A stretch of 60,207 nt of DNA, counting the filler, from Hausera hauseri (taxonomy: Eukaryota), in NCBI GenBank assembly GCA_046269625.1. It is 12 parts of 12 records of this genome, joined end to end, with 100 filler letters (N's around TTAATTAATTAA, not from the genome) between each part and the next. Parts side by side here need not be neighbours in the genome. Positions count along the whole stretch, not along the records: positions 1 to 4,460 come from JBJURY010569783.1; positions 4,561 to 8,864 come from JBJURY010646664.1; positions 8,965 to 13,789 come from JBJURY010423365.1; 9 more parts are not named here. One strand, written 5' to 3'. The notes under the pieces were generated by a model that was given only the letters and a program-made list of their open reading frames with translations, was not told the origin of the DNA and searched no databases. Shown here one piece after another: positions 1 through 10,616 of this stretch. How positions within the stretch are numbered: position 1 is the first letter of the stretch; each line of letters starts with the position of its first letter. Position numbers and translations under genes: made by a program.

Positions 1-1249
1 AACAAACGATGACCGATCGATCGAATCCGATTATATTTAATTTGGACGAAATTTTTTCCCCATTTCCATAGGGTACGCCCTTTGCCGATTTTCGATGTTT
101 CTCTTGACACTTCCGTTCCGGATGGGCCGATTTCTATTCGGACACAGTTATTGGATAGCCCGCGTCTTGTGTTTTCTGTTATCCGAGTACGGGGGTCCTT
201 ATCGTGACCTTAAATCGTACTCACATATCAAATATTAGTTGATCAATCTCTTGGTGTGTCAAATGGCTTCTTAATTACTTGCGTACATTGTGAACTTTCT
301 GAAGGGGAGTCTGGTGGTTTGATAGCAAAGCTATCCAGCGCCTATTGATACAATTCATTTCTGATTTAGATTATACATTGATTCTTACATAGAGTCCAAA
401 ACAGTAAATTTTACATTAATATTTTCTTCTGTTTTAATCCAATTATCCTCATTATACGTATCATCATTATATCATACTTATACGCTATCTACTTCTGATC
501 TAAACTACCAATATTCCAATTATAATAAAAATAAATTAATCCCCGTTAGTGTTGTACTTTTACGAAACAATTAGCAAAATAAATAATACTCAAATTCATA
601 TTAGAATAGGGTACAAACCCGTTTACAAGTGTTTTATTTACTATGATTCATTAATCTTTAACAACCACCAATTTAATCTCATTCCAACGTAAATGATACT
701 AATGTAATATTATAATATTAATCCCATCAGGGCGTTTTCCATACTTCCAGTTTAAAGTTCCAAATATTGGTAACTACTGCATCATGATAATGTCACCTTT
801 ACACATCAAATTCTCTATAATGTAATCAGATACTCCAATACAATAAGCGATTCATCTTCTGATATTCGTAACGTTATCACACGTTAAAAGTTTTATATCA
901 AATTTGCATCAAATCATGTTAACCAAGGTCTTGGGGTAAAATTTATTAACGGGTCATTAGTATAGGTTTAGGAAAATCCTTGGAAAATTAATGTATATAA
1001 TATGGCATAAAAGAGTTGGCCTACCTCTACGTCAGTCATCATTGTCTGCTTATTTCTTATTACCTACCAGTTACTTACTCGAACCATGAACTCTGAATTC
1101 ATTAGTAACTTTTGTCCTAAATCGTTTTCCTCCCTCGGAGAGAACATAGTCATAATTAACCTCAATTTGATCTAAAGGTAAATAAGCTCTCTTAGATTCT
1201 TTCATTCGTTTGCAAATCGTCAATACTTATAATTTCAGTTAGGTCAATG

Positions 1250-2830
1250 GCTTTAGTGTACTGATTATCCCTATATTTATAGTCTATATCAATCATACTC
1301 TCTGCGCAGTATTTTAGTTTACGGTCATCGTCTTCACAAATTTTTCCTTAAATGGACCATTTCCCTGAGAAATTTTAGTGATCAAAATCTCCCTATTTTA
1401 CGACAAAAAGGAACTTATTAAATTTTTGCCGGGAACATACTACAACATGTTCGCATAGTCATACTATGTATCCAAGAATCTTAATCAAACTATCGATGAT
1501 ACTAGGATTCGCCATAACAAATCGACTTCTTTCACTATCTCAAACGACAAACGCTTATGATCTTTTATTCATATATACATGACCCCATTGTACTCCCAAC
1601 TGTCACTAATCGACTTCTATGTTTCCTAGTCAGCATAATCCCAATCTCATATTACGTTGCAGATTTGACCATCAGCATTGTTCCTCTCCAGTTGATCGAT
1701 TCGGCCTTTTCTCGCAATACAAATTTAACCAACTCTGTTTTCATTACACAGTAATCGGTTCGCCATATCATTTTCGTGGCGTTGGTACGTATTCGTATAC
1801 ACATATAGTCGTCTAAACCATCTTCCGTATCCGTAATACATATTTCAATATTATGATTTTCAACCGCATTTCTCTGTCCATATAATTTCTCCAACGAACA
1901 ATATGGTCTGGTAATTAATCTAAAATCTTATCAAAACATTCCGTCTGAATAGGGGCATTTAACTCCAATATTTTCGGTTGACAATATTTATTTTAATGAA
2001 AATTATACAGATCAAAATATAAATAGACACAATCTATACTCATCATCTATACGTTATCTTACTTTCCTTCGTTGAGTCTTTAGCCCAAATACTTTATGAA
2101 GTATTTCAGTTTATTGCCACCGTCTTCACAAATTTTTCTTTAAACAGATGATTTCACTATCCTCTGAAGGTTTTAATACTCCGAATCTCCCTGTCATACA
2201 ACGGAAAAGAAATTATTAGATCCTCACTATAAGACCAATCACGACAGGTTTGTATGGAGGTAGAATATGTTCAAGAATCCCAACCAAACAAATAACGATA
2301 CTACAATTCGCATGACAAATCTACTTATTTTTATCGTACACGATAAGCATTTACAATCTTTAATTATACATAGCTTCATTATACACCCGGTTGTCACTAA
2401 TCGATTTCAGCGTATTCTGGTCTGCATACCTCCAAGCTCAGATGGCATCCCAGCTTGGGTCATCAACATTATCGCTTTCGAGTTGGCTGATTCAGCTTCT
2501 CACTCGCAAAACGAATTTAAATGATTCTGTTTTCACGTTAAGGTAACTGGTTCGCCATATCATTCTCCGTCATTTTCTTGCTTCTTCTCATGGCATTAAT
2601 ACATATATGTATAAACATATAGTCATCTGAATCATCTTCGTCATCTTTAATGCACGTTTAAAATATCAATTTTCCAGTCATATTTCTTTTCCGAGCAACT
2701 TCTTCAATAATCGATGTGACCTCGAAGTTACTCTAAAGCTTTTATTAAAAAAATATCTCTAAGACAGATTCAGATAGACGTGTTCAGCGTTAATATTTTT
2801 ATTTCATAAAATTTTATTTCAATATAAATT
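1250..2830 (-). repeat. Diverged tandem duplication (about 800-bp period) of a decayed minus-strand coding sequence of unknown function
   Basis: Matching blocks: cgtcttcacaaattttt (about 1329 and 2120), ggttcgccatatcatt (about 1757 and 2549), acatatagtc (1801 and 2615). ORF 1652-1894 is a remnant of copy 1. Confidence 0.7.
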
Positions 2831-2849
2831 ACACAGATCAAATAACAAA

Positions 2850-3100
2850 TGATGAAGACCCAAGACTACACAAAGACTTACTGACAACCATAATACGACG
2901 GAAGCTGCGACAGTCTGGGCATGCGTCAAGAACATATTTTAACGAATTGTCCAACATGACACCCTGAAACTGACGGTTTGTGGGAATGAAGAAAAACAGA
3001 CCTAGGCAGCGATGGACAGTAAAGCTCACTGGAAACATTCAGAGGATCCTCCAAGACAGACAATGGTGGGGAAATACACTGACTGGTTTCAGAGCAATTT
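2850..3100 (+). mobile_element. 5'-truncated non-LTR retrotransposon fragment (RTE-clade RT C-terminus)
   Basis: Translates to DLLTTIIRRKLRQSGHASR...GMKKNRPRQRW, resembling the RTE C-terminal pattern DLL..IK.RKL.W.GH..R...RGRP..RW. A-rich tract follows at about 3144. Confidence 0.55.
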
Positions 3101-3649
3101 GTTCTTAATTTCACGTACAAAAACCCCGGGTGTATGCGCTGGCAAAAAAAAGAAAACTTGTCGGGTGATTAGAATAAATAAATAGGAAACAAATGATAAT
3201 TTACGATCACTTTTACATGACAATAAGTATGTGTATTCATATAGTCATAGTATTCATATAGTATAACTTTGTCACTACACATTTTATTCCATACAATTAA
3301 TGTTGTCAAACCATGAAAGTTTGATGAAGAAATTATTTAACCTACCGCAACGTAAAATATGATTATCTTTATCACTGTTGCATAGTAACATAGTAAGCAA
3401 ATAAAAAGCAGCTATGTAGTAAAATAATGTGTGTATCAGAAAAATATGTGTGCAAATGTGTGTATGTAAAAAAAAGATGTGCGTGTTTTTATTTCTTGAT
3501 ATAAAATTATGTGTGCGCACGCTAATTATTATGTACTTAGAAAATATGGAGTATGTTAAAGTATATAAGGCTGTGTTTGTTATTATATTGCCATTATTTC
3601 ACAATGTCAAAAATCATTTTAACCGAAGAGCAGAAACAACAAATGATCG

Positions 3650-4460
3650 TTGTTGCACTTGAACAAAAATGACAAAATTGGAAGGGACTATGCGCCTCAA
3701 ATACCAAAAGCAGTACCATCATACAGTCCATGCTACACTCAGGAATTGGTTGAAATAGCAAGACAACTTGGTAATGTTTATTTTACATTTAATTTCATTT
3801 CAGAGAAACCACCTGTCGATTTGGATGCCGCTTCATCGGTCGATTTTGATGCTGTTTCAGCAAAGCCCAGTACGAGCAACCAATGTGAGCAACAGCCACA
3901 GAAACAGAAGCCAGCAAACTATAGTCAATTACTGCGAGACATAGCAGTGACGGATTCAGACTCCGACTTCAAACTATCGAAGCCGAAAAAGAAGAAGGTA
4001 AAACGCCTAATTGAGCCTGATAGTCATCAGGTGCGTATGACTAAAAATCGACAGGCTCAATTGCAACAGGCCTTAACAGAAGCCGACAATACGCAGGAGC
4101 GTATTGTCGTGAAGGAAAAGTTTGTCGGTCAGTGGGAAAATCAGTACAATAGACGTTGGATCAACCGCCTGAAGAAAGAAATAGGAGAAAATGAAGAATT
4201 AGAAGAAATTCAGGGGGACGCTGTTGTTGATCCAATGCTCCATCGAAACCTGGAAAAGAGGTTTATGATGAAAACGAAGAAAGAAATGGAGCAACTGAAG
4301 AAGCCGGCGGATAATATGAAGATTGATGAGCTGAAAAAGGAAATTGACGGACAGAAGATGCAGATTGAACATCTGCAAGGAATAGTGGCGAAACAAAGCC
4401 GAATAATTGTTCAACTGCGAAAGGAGTTCAGGGATAAGCCGACAGATGAATATCAAGCTG
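3650..4460 (+). CDS. Unknown K/E-rich coiled-coil protein, truncated by contig end; probable 33-nt in-frame intron at 3771-3803
   Basis: Long open frame with a basic NLS-like KPKKKKVKR and a C-terminal heptad pattern. Candidate intron GTAATG...TTTCAG. Confidence 0.5.
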
Positions 4461-4560
4461 NNNNNNNNNNNNNNNNNNNNNNNNNNNNNNNNNNNNNNNN
4501 NNNNTTAATTAATTAANNNNNNNNNNNNNNNNNNNNNNNNNNNNNNNNNNNNNNNNNNNN
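4461..4560. other. Artificial contig-joining spacer (44 N + TTAATTAATTAA + 44 N). Identical spacers at 8865-8964, 13790-13889, 17878-17977, 22239-22338, 29391-29490, 33856-33955, 38234-38333, 44221-44320, 49593-49692, 54439-54538
   Basis: The same 100-bp structure occurs 11 times. TTAATTAATTAA puts stops in all six frames, and composition changes across spacers. Confidence 0.99.
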
Positions 4561-4866
4561 ATATCGGCATAATAATTTGTAAAATCGACAATAAGATTCA
4601 GGTGAAAATTTAGTTTCGACATGAGGTTGAAATTCGGCATACTTGTAAGGTTTTTCTTTGATAGTTATTGGCGATACTCTACGTGTCTCCTAAAGTAGTA
4701 TAAGCGTGCAGCTTGACAGGAGTTTGCGCGTTATTAGCTATTCTGATTGGTACTCGGCCGGAGTGTACTTTCGTTAATACATTGCTGAGAAATATATTCG
4801 GATCTAACGTATCTGTCGGTTCAAAATATACTGGTTGATCGTCATTTTGCTGTATCTAGGCATAAA

Positions 4867-5300
4867 TTATAATTTCTGTTTTGGTGGAATGTTTTCGTCA
4901 ATTGGTATCCACACTTCTCCAAATTTTCTATCTTTAGCGATTTCCACGCCTTTGTTCGGTCTGATTTCTATTAGCCTCCCTGTTTGTAAGTCAACTGCTA
5001 TATTTGTCAGTCTTTTTAGTAAATCACATCCTAGAACTACGTCGTCGGCTAATTGCTCCATAACTGCAAACTCATGATGAAAAAATTATGCAACTAATTG
5101 AACTTCTGGGTTCCACTTAAACATTGGTTTTGAAATTTGACCAAAAGCTCCCGTACTTCCTGGGTCTTTCGCGGATGGAGGGTATAATTGTCCTTGCAGC
5201 GTTTTAGGTATTGAATGATTTTTAATGTAAGACATTTCCGATCCTGTATTGATTAAGGCATAAACTTACCAATCTTCAGTAATGATTTTGGCGAAGGGTC
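4867..5300 (-). pseudogene. Retroviral-type aspartic protease (DTG mutated to NTG), in frame with the glycoprotein
   Basis: Reading through the TAA at 5266-5268 gives GRPFAKIITEDW*VYALINTGSEMSYI...EFAVMEQLADDVVLGCDLL, which are the DTG and ILG.D motifs. Confidence 0.8.
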
Positions 5301-5999
5301 TGCCGTCTATTACTGTTCCAAAATAGTTTGATGTATCATTCGAGCGTTTTACCGCCGATATTTTGTGTCCATTGATTCGGATTTCGGGGGAGAATACTAT
5401 ATTCTCCGATAGCTGTCTTAATTCTTCGTTTGAATATAATTCGTTATTTTCTATGTGCAACTCTTCCGCTTCGTGTGTGCTAATTAATGGTTTTTGATTG
5501 TTAGTGTGTAATTCAGTATTCTGGAAAGTTTTTAACCTAGGATTATCCCAAACCATTGATCTAGTTTCTATGTTCCGAGGTTCTCTCGGAGAAGACAACA
5601 TCTTTGGACCATCTGTGGATTGTCGGTAACACATTTTCCGTAGAATCCCGTAACGTTTCGTTCCTTTATAAGGATCTTCTACACTAATTGTTGTTTTATA
5701 GATTTCCGTCTGATACGAACTCATTGATTGTTTGTCACAGTCTTCATAAGTTGGAGCGGTAGGAGGTAACATAGGCAGTGGTGCTTTAATAACGGAATAC
5801 TCCTTATATCTATTTATTCCTGAAGGTACTTCTTTTCCCTTAGGTTCGTTATCATCCGAATTATTTCTTCGTGTATTATGCTTTATAGATTTCCGTTTTC
5901 GCAAAAATATAGGTTTTCTTCTTCGTTTACGGTTATGATATCCGTCGTGACATTCTACGCCTGATTTCCACTTACTCGCTTCGTATGCCTTTAAGAATT

Positions 6000-7810
6000 T
6001 TCCAAAAGGCGTTATGAGCGCAGTCAGCATCTTGCAAGAAAATCCAGTCAATGTAAATATTTCGTATCCATTAATTACTGTTTGGATGACTGCCTTAATT
6101 ATTTGTATCAGAAAATATATCGTTAAAAATCTGGATGCGGCTTGTCCAAAAATTAGGAATCTACCACAAATTTTGTAGAGTATTTCTGTGGTTACTCGCT
6201 GATAATGATTTACGCCTAGCAAAGATTCCCATTTAGCCTGGTAACGTGTATCATCTACTGCCGATGCCATGGCTCGGTTTAGCTCGTGTGTTTGTTGTCG
6301 TGGAAAGGCAAGGAACTGTCTAAAAGCCTCAATCTCCTTCGGTCTGTATATACCTTTCGATGAGATGTCTTGAAATTTATCGTCTGTAATTCCTTTTGCG
6401 AGATTTATTCCTGTCAGTTTATTCGGAGCGGCTATAATACCTCCATTTGGCAAGCTGAACCAGTCTGTCTCACTATGTCTGAACATAAGTTCCCCTAAGC
6501 TTGCCTTACAATTTTTAAAGATGGTTGGTTGAGTAGCGTTGTCCAATAACACTATCGTCAGCTGTGTAGCTAATCTCGGAATATTTTGGTAAATAACACG
6601 AAGTTTCTGAATGAAACTTCTTTTTTTTCCACGTTGATGGGTACATCTCTCTTTTTACATTCGTAAGTTAGCAATACTTCTCCTGTTACCTGACCGAAAA
6701 TTCCTTCTCTCATGGGAATTATTGGTGAAGCCAACTCTGGATTTGCATATATCAGAGCCATTTTAGTTCTCATGATTTCTGTATCCTATTTGCAGTCATT
6801 CATTATCATTTTGATATAATTTTGTTATTCCGACTTATCCTTTATAGTAGAAGTAATCGTCTCTCTTTTTCAGGTAATCTTCAATCCAAACATCCTGCGT
6901 TCCCAATTTGTAAACTTTTGCGTTTATTTCCGTTTCGGCTACAAAGAATGCTTCATAGTTTGTGGCGAACATTACTACCTCGCAACGAGTCATCACCTCC
7001 TTTTTTATAAAGTTTAGTCCATGCGGATCTGAGATTAATATAGTAGGTGTAGGGTGTTCTGGTACATCTTTGCGTGTTCTTGAGTTAGTTTCTGATTTAT
7101 CCACATATCGTTTTCCGGTAGTTTCATTAAACTTTAGCTCCTTAATTTTGATAAAATTATAGCTTCTTCCAGAGGGAGGTTCCCATATTATAACCGAACT
7201 TCTAAAGGCAGATTCCATCTTGTAAATGACATTTTTGATTCTCAGTGTATAACTTAGTGACGCTATAGAACATTACCTTCTGTTATCGCATTTCTGATTC
7301 GGGGAAATCCACAACCACAACGTTTGACTCTAATCCTTTTCCCGTATCGTATTCTGCTCAATTACAATGTCCGCTATGCATATCCAGCCTTCCAGCTACT
7401 ACTTTGTATGCTCTGATTATTTTTCCAGGTTGCATTTCCAATTGCATGCTGTCCCATTGTATTCTTCCAGTTTCCTTAGCTTGTTTGCAGTGTTGTCGTT
7501 CTAAGTTCATTAAAATCAATGCAGTCGTTGGTTTGATTATAGTTCAATGTCCATGAACCAACCCACAGTGAAAAATACTACGTGACCGTTTCAGCATGCA
7601 CCCCATTCCGTCTAAGGATACCAATTCTTGTTGTTGATACAGGAAGTAACTCTTCTGTCTTGTTTCTAATTTGTGCGGTGTGGCATCCTCGCATACTTCT
7701 AGATCCATTAAGGAATATCTCTGTCCTAATTTAAACTTATCGCAATCGTAGGCGGTCACCGCGCTTATATGCTTTATTAGCATCATTAAGGTAAGCAAGC
7801 TGATTAGCCA
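6000..7810 (-). pseudogene. Env-like class III fusion glycoprotein (chuvirus G / herpes gB-like), with stops and frameshifts
   Basis: Hydrophobic signal WLISLLTLMMLIKHISA, then AYDC..YSLMDLEVC, IFHCG..HG, HCN, a Cys-rich ectodomain, GEVLLTYEC, and a C-terminal TM region FLIFGQAASRFLTIYFLIQIIKAVIQTVINGY...LTALITPF. ORFs 7544-8128, 6835-7218, 6570-6773, 5266-6552. Confidence 0.75.
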
Positions 7811-8209
7811 ATTCGACTCATTTTTTTGACCTCCAACGTCTGACGTCGTCAAGCTACGTAACATGTCGTCAAGTTTATTATTGTTTCTTTTGTCTTCTTC
7901 CTTGTCAAATAGTCTTGCCCAATTTACTTCGCAGGGCATTCTTCTTGCTGCTTTCCATACTAAGTTTATAGCTCTATTGATTTCATTCTCTCTATTAGGA
8001 TTTATTTTGATAGCTAAATATAGCATTACCTTCCTCAATTCTTCATTCGTGTTTTCTACCATGATATTTTCGATTACCGATTCATCAGTTAAATTGCTTT
8101 TCGATAGTTTAAAACGCGAATTTCGCATCGTCTTAGCTGCATCGAATATTATCTTTTCTTTATCATCTAATACATCACCTCAAAGGCTTGAATAATTTAC
8201 AATTCGTAT

Positions 8210-8864
8210 TCAATTTTTCATTAACTCACTTAATTCTTCATTATCTCTGCTAAGAGTTGGGACCGACATCGGTCTCAATTCTCTGATTAGCTCTCCATTA
8301 TAATCTATTTCTTCTCGCACCTTTCTAGGCCTACCTACTGGGCGTTTCCGTCTTGGACCCTTAGTGGTTGTTTTATTTAATGGTACTAAATTTATATCCT
8401 TTTGTTCCTTATCCTCGTCCGTCTGTAAATACTCAAAATACAGTGCGGCGTCTCGAACACCCATGATTTTCCCTACGTATTGTTCAGTTTTGGCTTTACG
8501 TGTAGCTTCTTCTTTTGTTTGTTCGTTAGCTATCACGACCACTATCCGATTTGTTTCGTCAGGAATAATCCCGACGTCTATCAGTTGTTTTAGGTCATCG
8601 AGTATTCTACCTCTAAAATAAAATCTGTAGTTTATCTCATTTGTTCCGCCATTATTTAATAACCATTCTCTTACGTCTTTTACGTAGGAATGTGTAGTCA
8701 ATTCACATTCTTTTTTGCCCATCCATTCGGATGACACCATTACTTTTATCATCACCTCAGGTCTAGCCCTCAAGATTTTAGCATACTTCCTTATCAAAAG
8801 TTTCGGCACCGTACTATAAATCGTGTTTTCGCTAGATAATTTAGTTAAAGTTGGAATAAGTTGT
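8210..8864 (-). pseudogene. Polyprotein segment with a ubiquitin-like domain (about 8525-8752) and an AT-hook-like motif KRPVGRPRK (about 8322-8348)
   Basis: MIKVMV...VKDVREWL...YRFYFRGRILDDLKQLIDVGI aligns by eye to ubiquitin MQIFV...IENVKAKI...[21 protein letters not shown]. The frame is open to the contig edge and is the same frame as ORF 7544-8128 across two TGA stops. Confidence 0.6.
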
Positions 8865-9698
8865 NNNNNNNNNNNNNNNNNNNNNNNNNNNNNNNNNNNN
8901 NNNNNNNNTTAATTAATTAANNNNNNNNNNNNNNNNNNNNNNNNNNNNNNNNNNNNNNNNNNNNAATTAATTTCAGAAATACGATAATAAAGAAATGCTA
9001 AAACCAAGATATAGTACAATTAATTCATTGGTACACGATGCTATATACAATAGTAATCAACTATTGTGTAATTATAATCAAAAGAATTTCGAACCGAATT
9101 ATACGTCACCACCGATCGACAATCTACCGTTTCCGGATGTGATCGTTCTCAGTTTGACAGCTATGACTAATTTCAACAAATTAACCACCGAAAGTACCGA
9201 TGACAAATCCAAATTAGCATATTTCAAATCCGCAAAAGAATCATCTGTCGCCACTGTTGATGATGCCGATAAATTTTCCAATGCATCTCTTGAATGTTTA
9301 GAATTTAAAAGACAAAAGCAGAAAGTAAATATTGCCCTATCTAATATCTAATCAACGTAACTTCATATTTCACTCATGTCAAAGGATGACTAAAAAGAAC
9401 CAAATGATCAAGTCAAGTAATATCTTGGCAATAGTCATCAGAACCAGCAATGAATACCGAGATAATGTGTAGCATACATACAAATAATAGCACATACAAT
9501 TTTGATACATTGTTCAATTCTTTTAACTTATTATGTTCTATATTTGGCTGGTAACATCTTTGTCGAATTTGGTGTCGTTCATTGAGAATAAAAGCTGTTT
9601 TGCTTTTCACTGGTAATTATGACTGAAAGTGCACATATGTCTTTTTTGCATGCTTTTTGAAAGACGCTAAATTATTTTGGCCTTCCTGATTAATGGTA

Positions 9699-10600
9699 AG
9701 TAGTGCCTCACACCCTTTCCTCGGGGGAGGGGTCGATAACTAACGACTTTCACCACAGTGGTCGTCTCCATGTGCCCGTTGTCATGCTAACGGTTTCGAT
9801 GGAACCATTGTTAAGGAGCATGTTGCCATATGACAGTGGCCAGAGCAACCGGCACCCTATGGCAGTTGCTATGGTTGCATGTCGCACAGAAACCGATTCC
9901 AGATTGAGCGGGGAAATCAATAAATTGAATTTTTCCAAGTCGATAAATCATTAGTGTACTGATCGATTTGTCGATCAGGCGAAAGTACTAATCGATAGAG
10001 TTCATGTGTGCGCATTGATCTGTGCACATAGCCCATTCGGTGCACTATTGGAAAAGGTTCACATATTCAATAATTATGTGTTTTTACCTTAAAACTCGAA
10101 AAAACTCGATGAACCATATATTATCCGAAGAATTTGACTATTTCATTGGATTCCCCTTAAATCAATGAATTAGATTTCGAATAATATCGATTCGAAATTT
10201 AGGTGAGGTCGAAGTTCCACAGCCTTTTTCGACTTGAAAAAGCAAAAATTGAAAAATTTTGGAGCGGACATAGATAGAAAACCATATATGGAGAATCCAA
10301 ATCCGGTGGTAGATATTCGAAAACAAATTCGAATACCGTGTCGAACTCTAAAACTGGAAAATTCGAAACATCTGACCACTCCATCGGATTCCCCATATAG
10401 GAAAACCTTATAGGGGGCAAAATGGGCGCCATGCGGACCATCGTTGGCCATGAACATCCGAAGTTCATGAAATTGATATACTAAAACAATTTCAAATTTT
10501 ATGGTAAAACAAGTTCATGCAATAGATGAATTAAAACAATTTGTTCTAGAATATTCGGAAATCAATAAAATTCAAATTCGAATTTTCGATCTATAAATCA
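9699..10600 (+). repeat. Putative Polinton terminal/subterminal region starting AGTAGT, rich in TCGA
   Basis: AGTAGT at 9699-9704 coincides with a composition shift. 10280-10410 is homologous to 58870-59030, upstream of the second pPolB copy. Confidence 0.4.
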
Positions 10601-10616
10601 AAAATACGTTGGAAGA

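Larger units (their letters stand above)
4561..8864 (-). mobile_element. Decayed Ty3/gypsy-family element, 5' part: UBL/AT-hook region - signal peptide - chuvirus/gB-like glycoprotein - TM - tail - aspartic protease - pre-RT spacer
   Basis: See component features. Region 4561-4950 is homologous to 52020-52375, which leads directly into RT in the 49693-54438 contig. Confidence 0.85.

Noticed and set aside
4505-4516. Recurrent TTAATTAATTAA palindrome as a biological repeat
   Set aside because: Always centred in 44+44 N: a concatenation linker. ORFs ending in ...LIN are artefacts.
7300-8212. Alternative genetic code (TGA=Trp) or programmed readthrough explaining in-frame stops
   Set aside because: The paralog has Ser and Gly codons at two of the TGA positions, and TAA/TAG stops and frameshifts also occur. 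This is ordinary decay.
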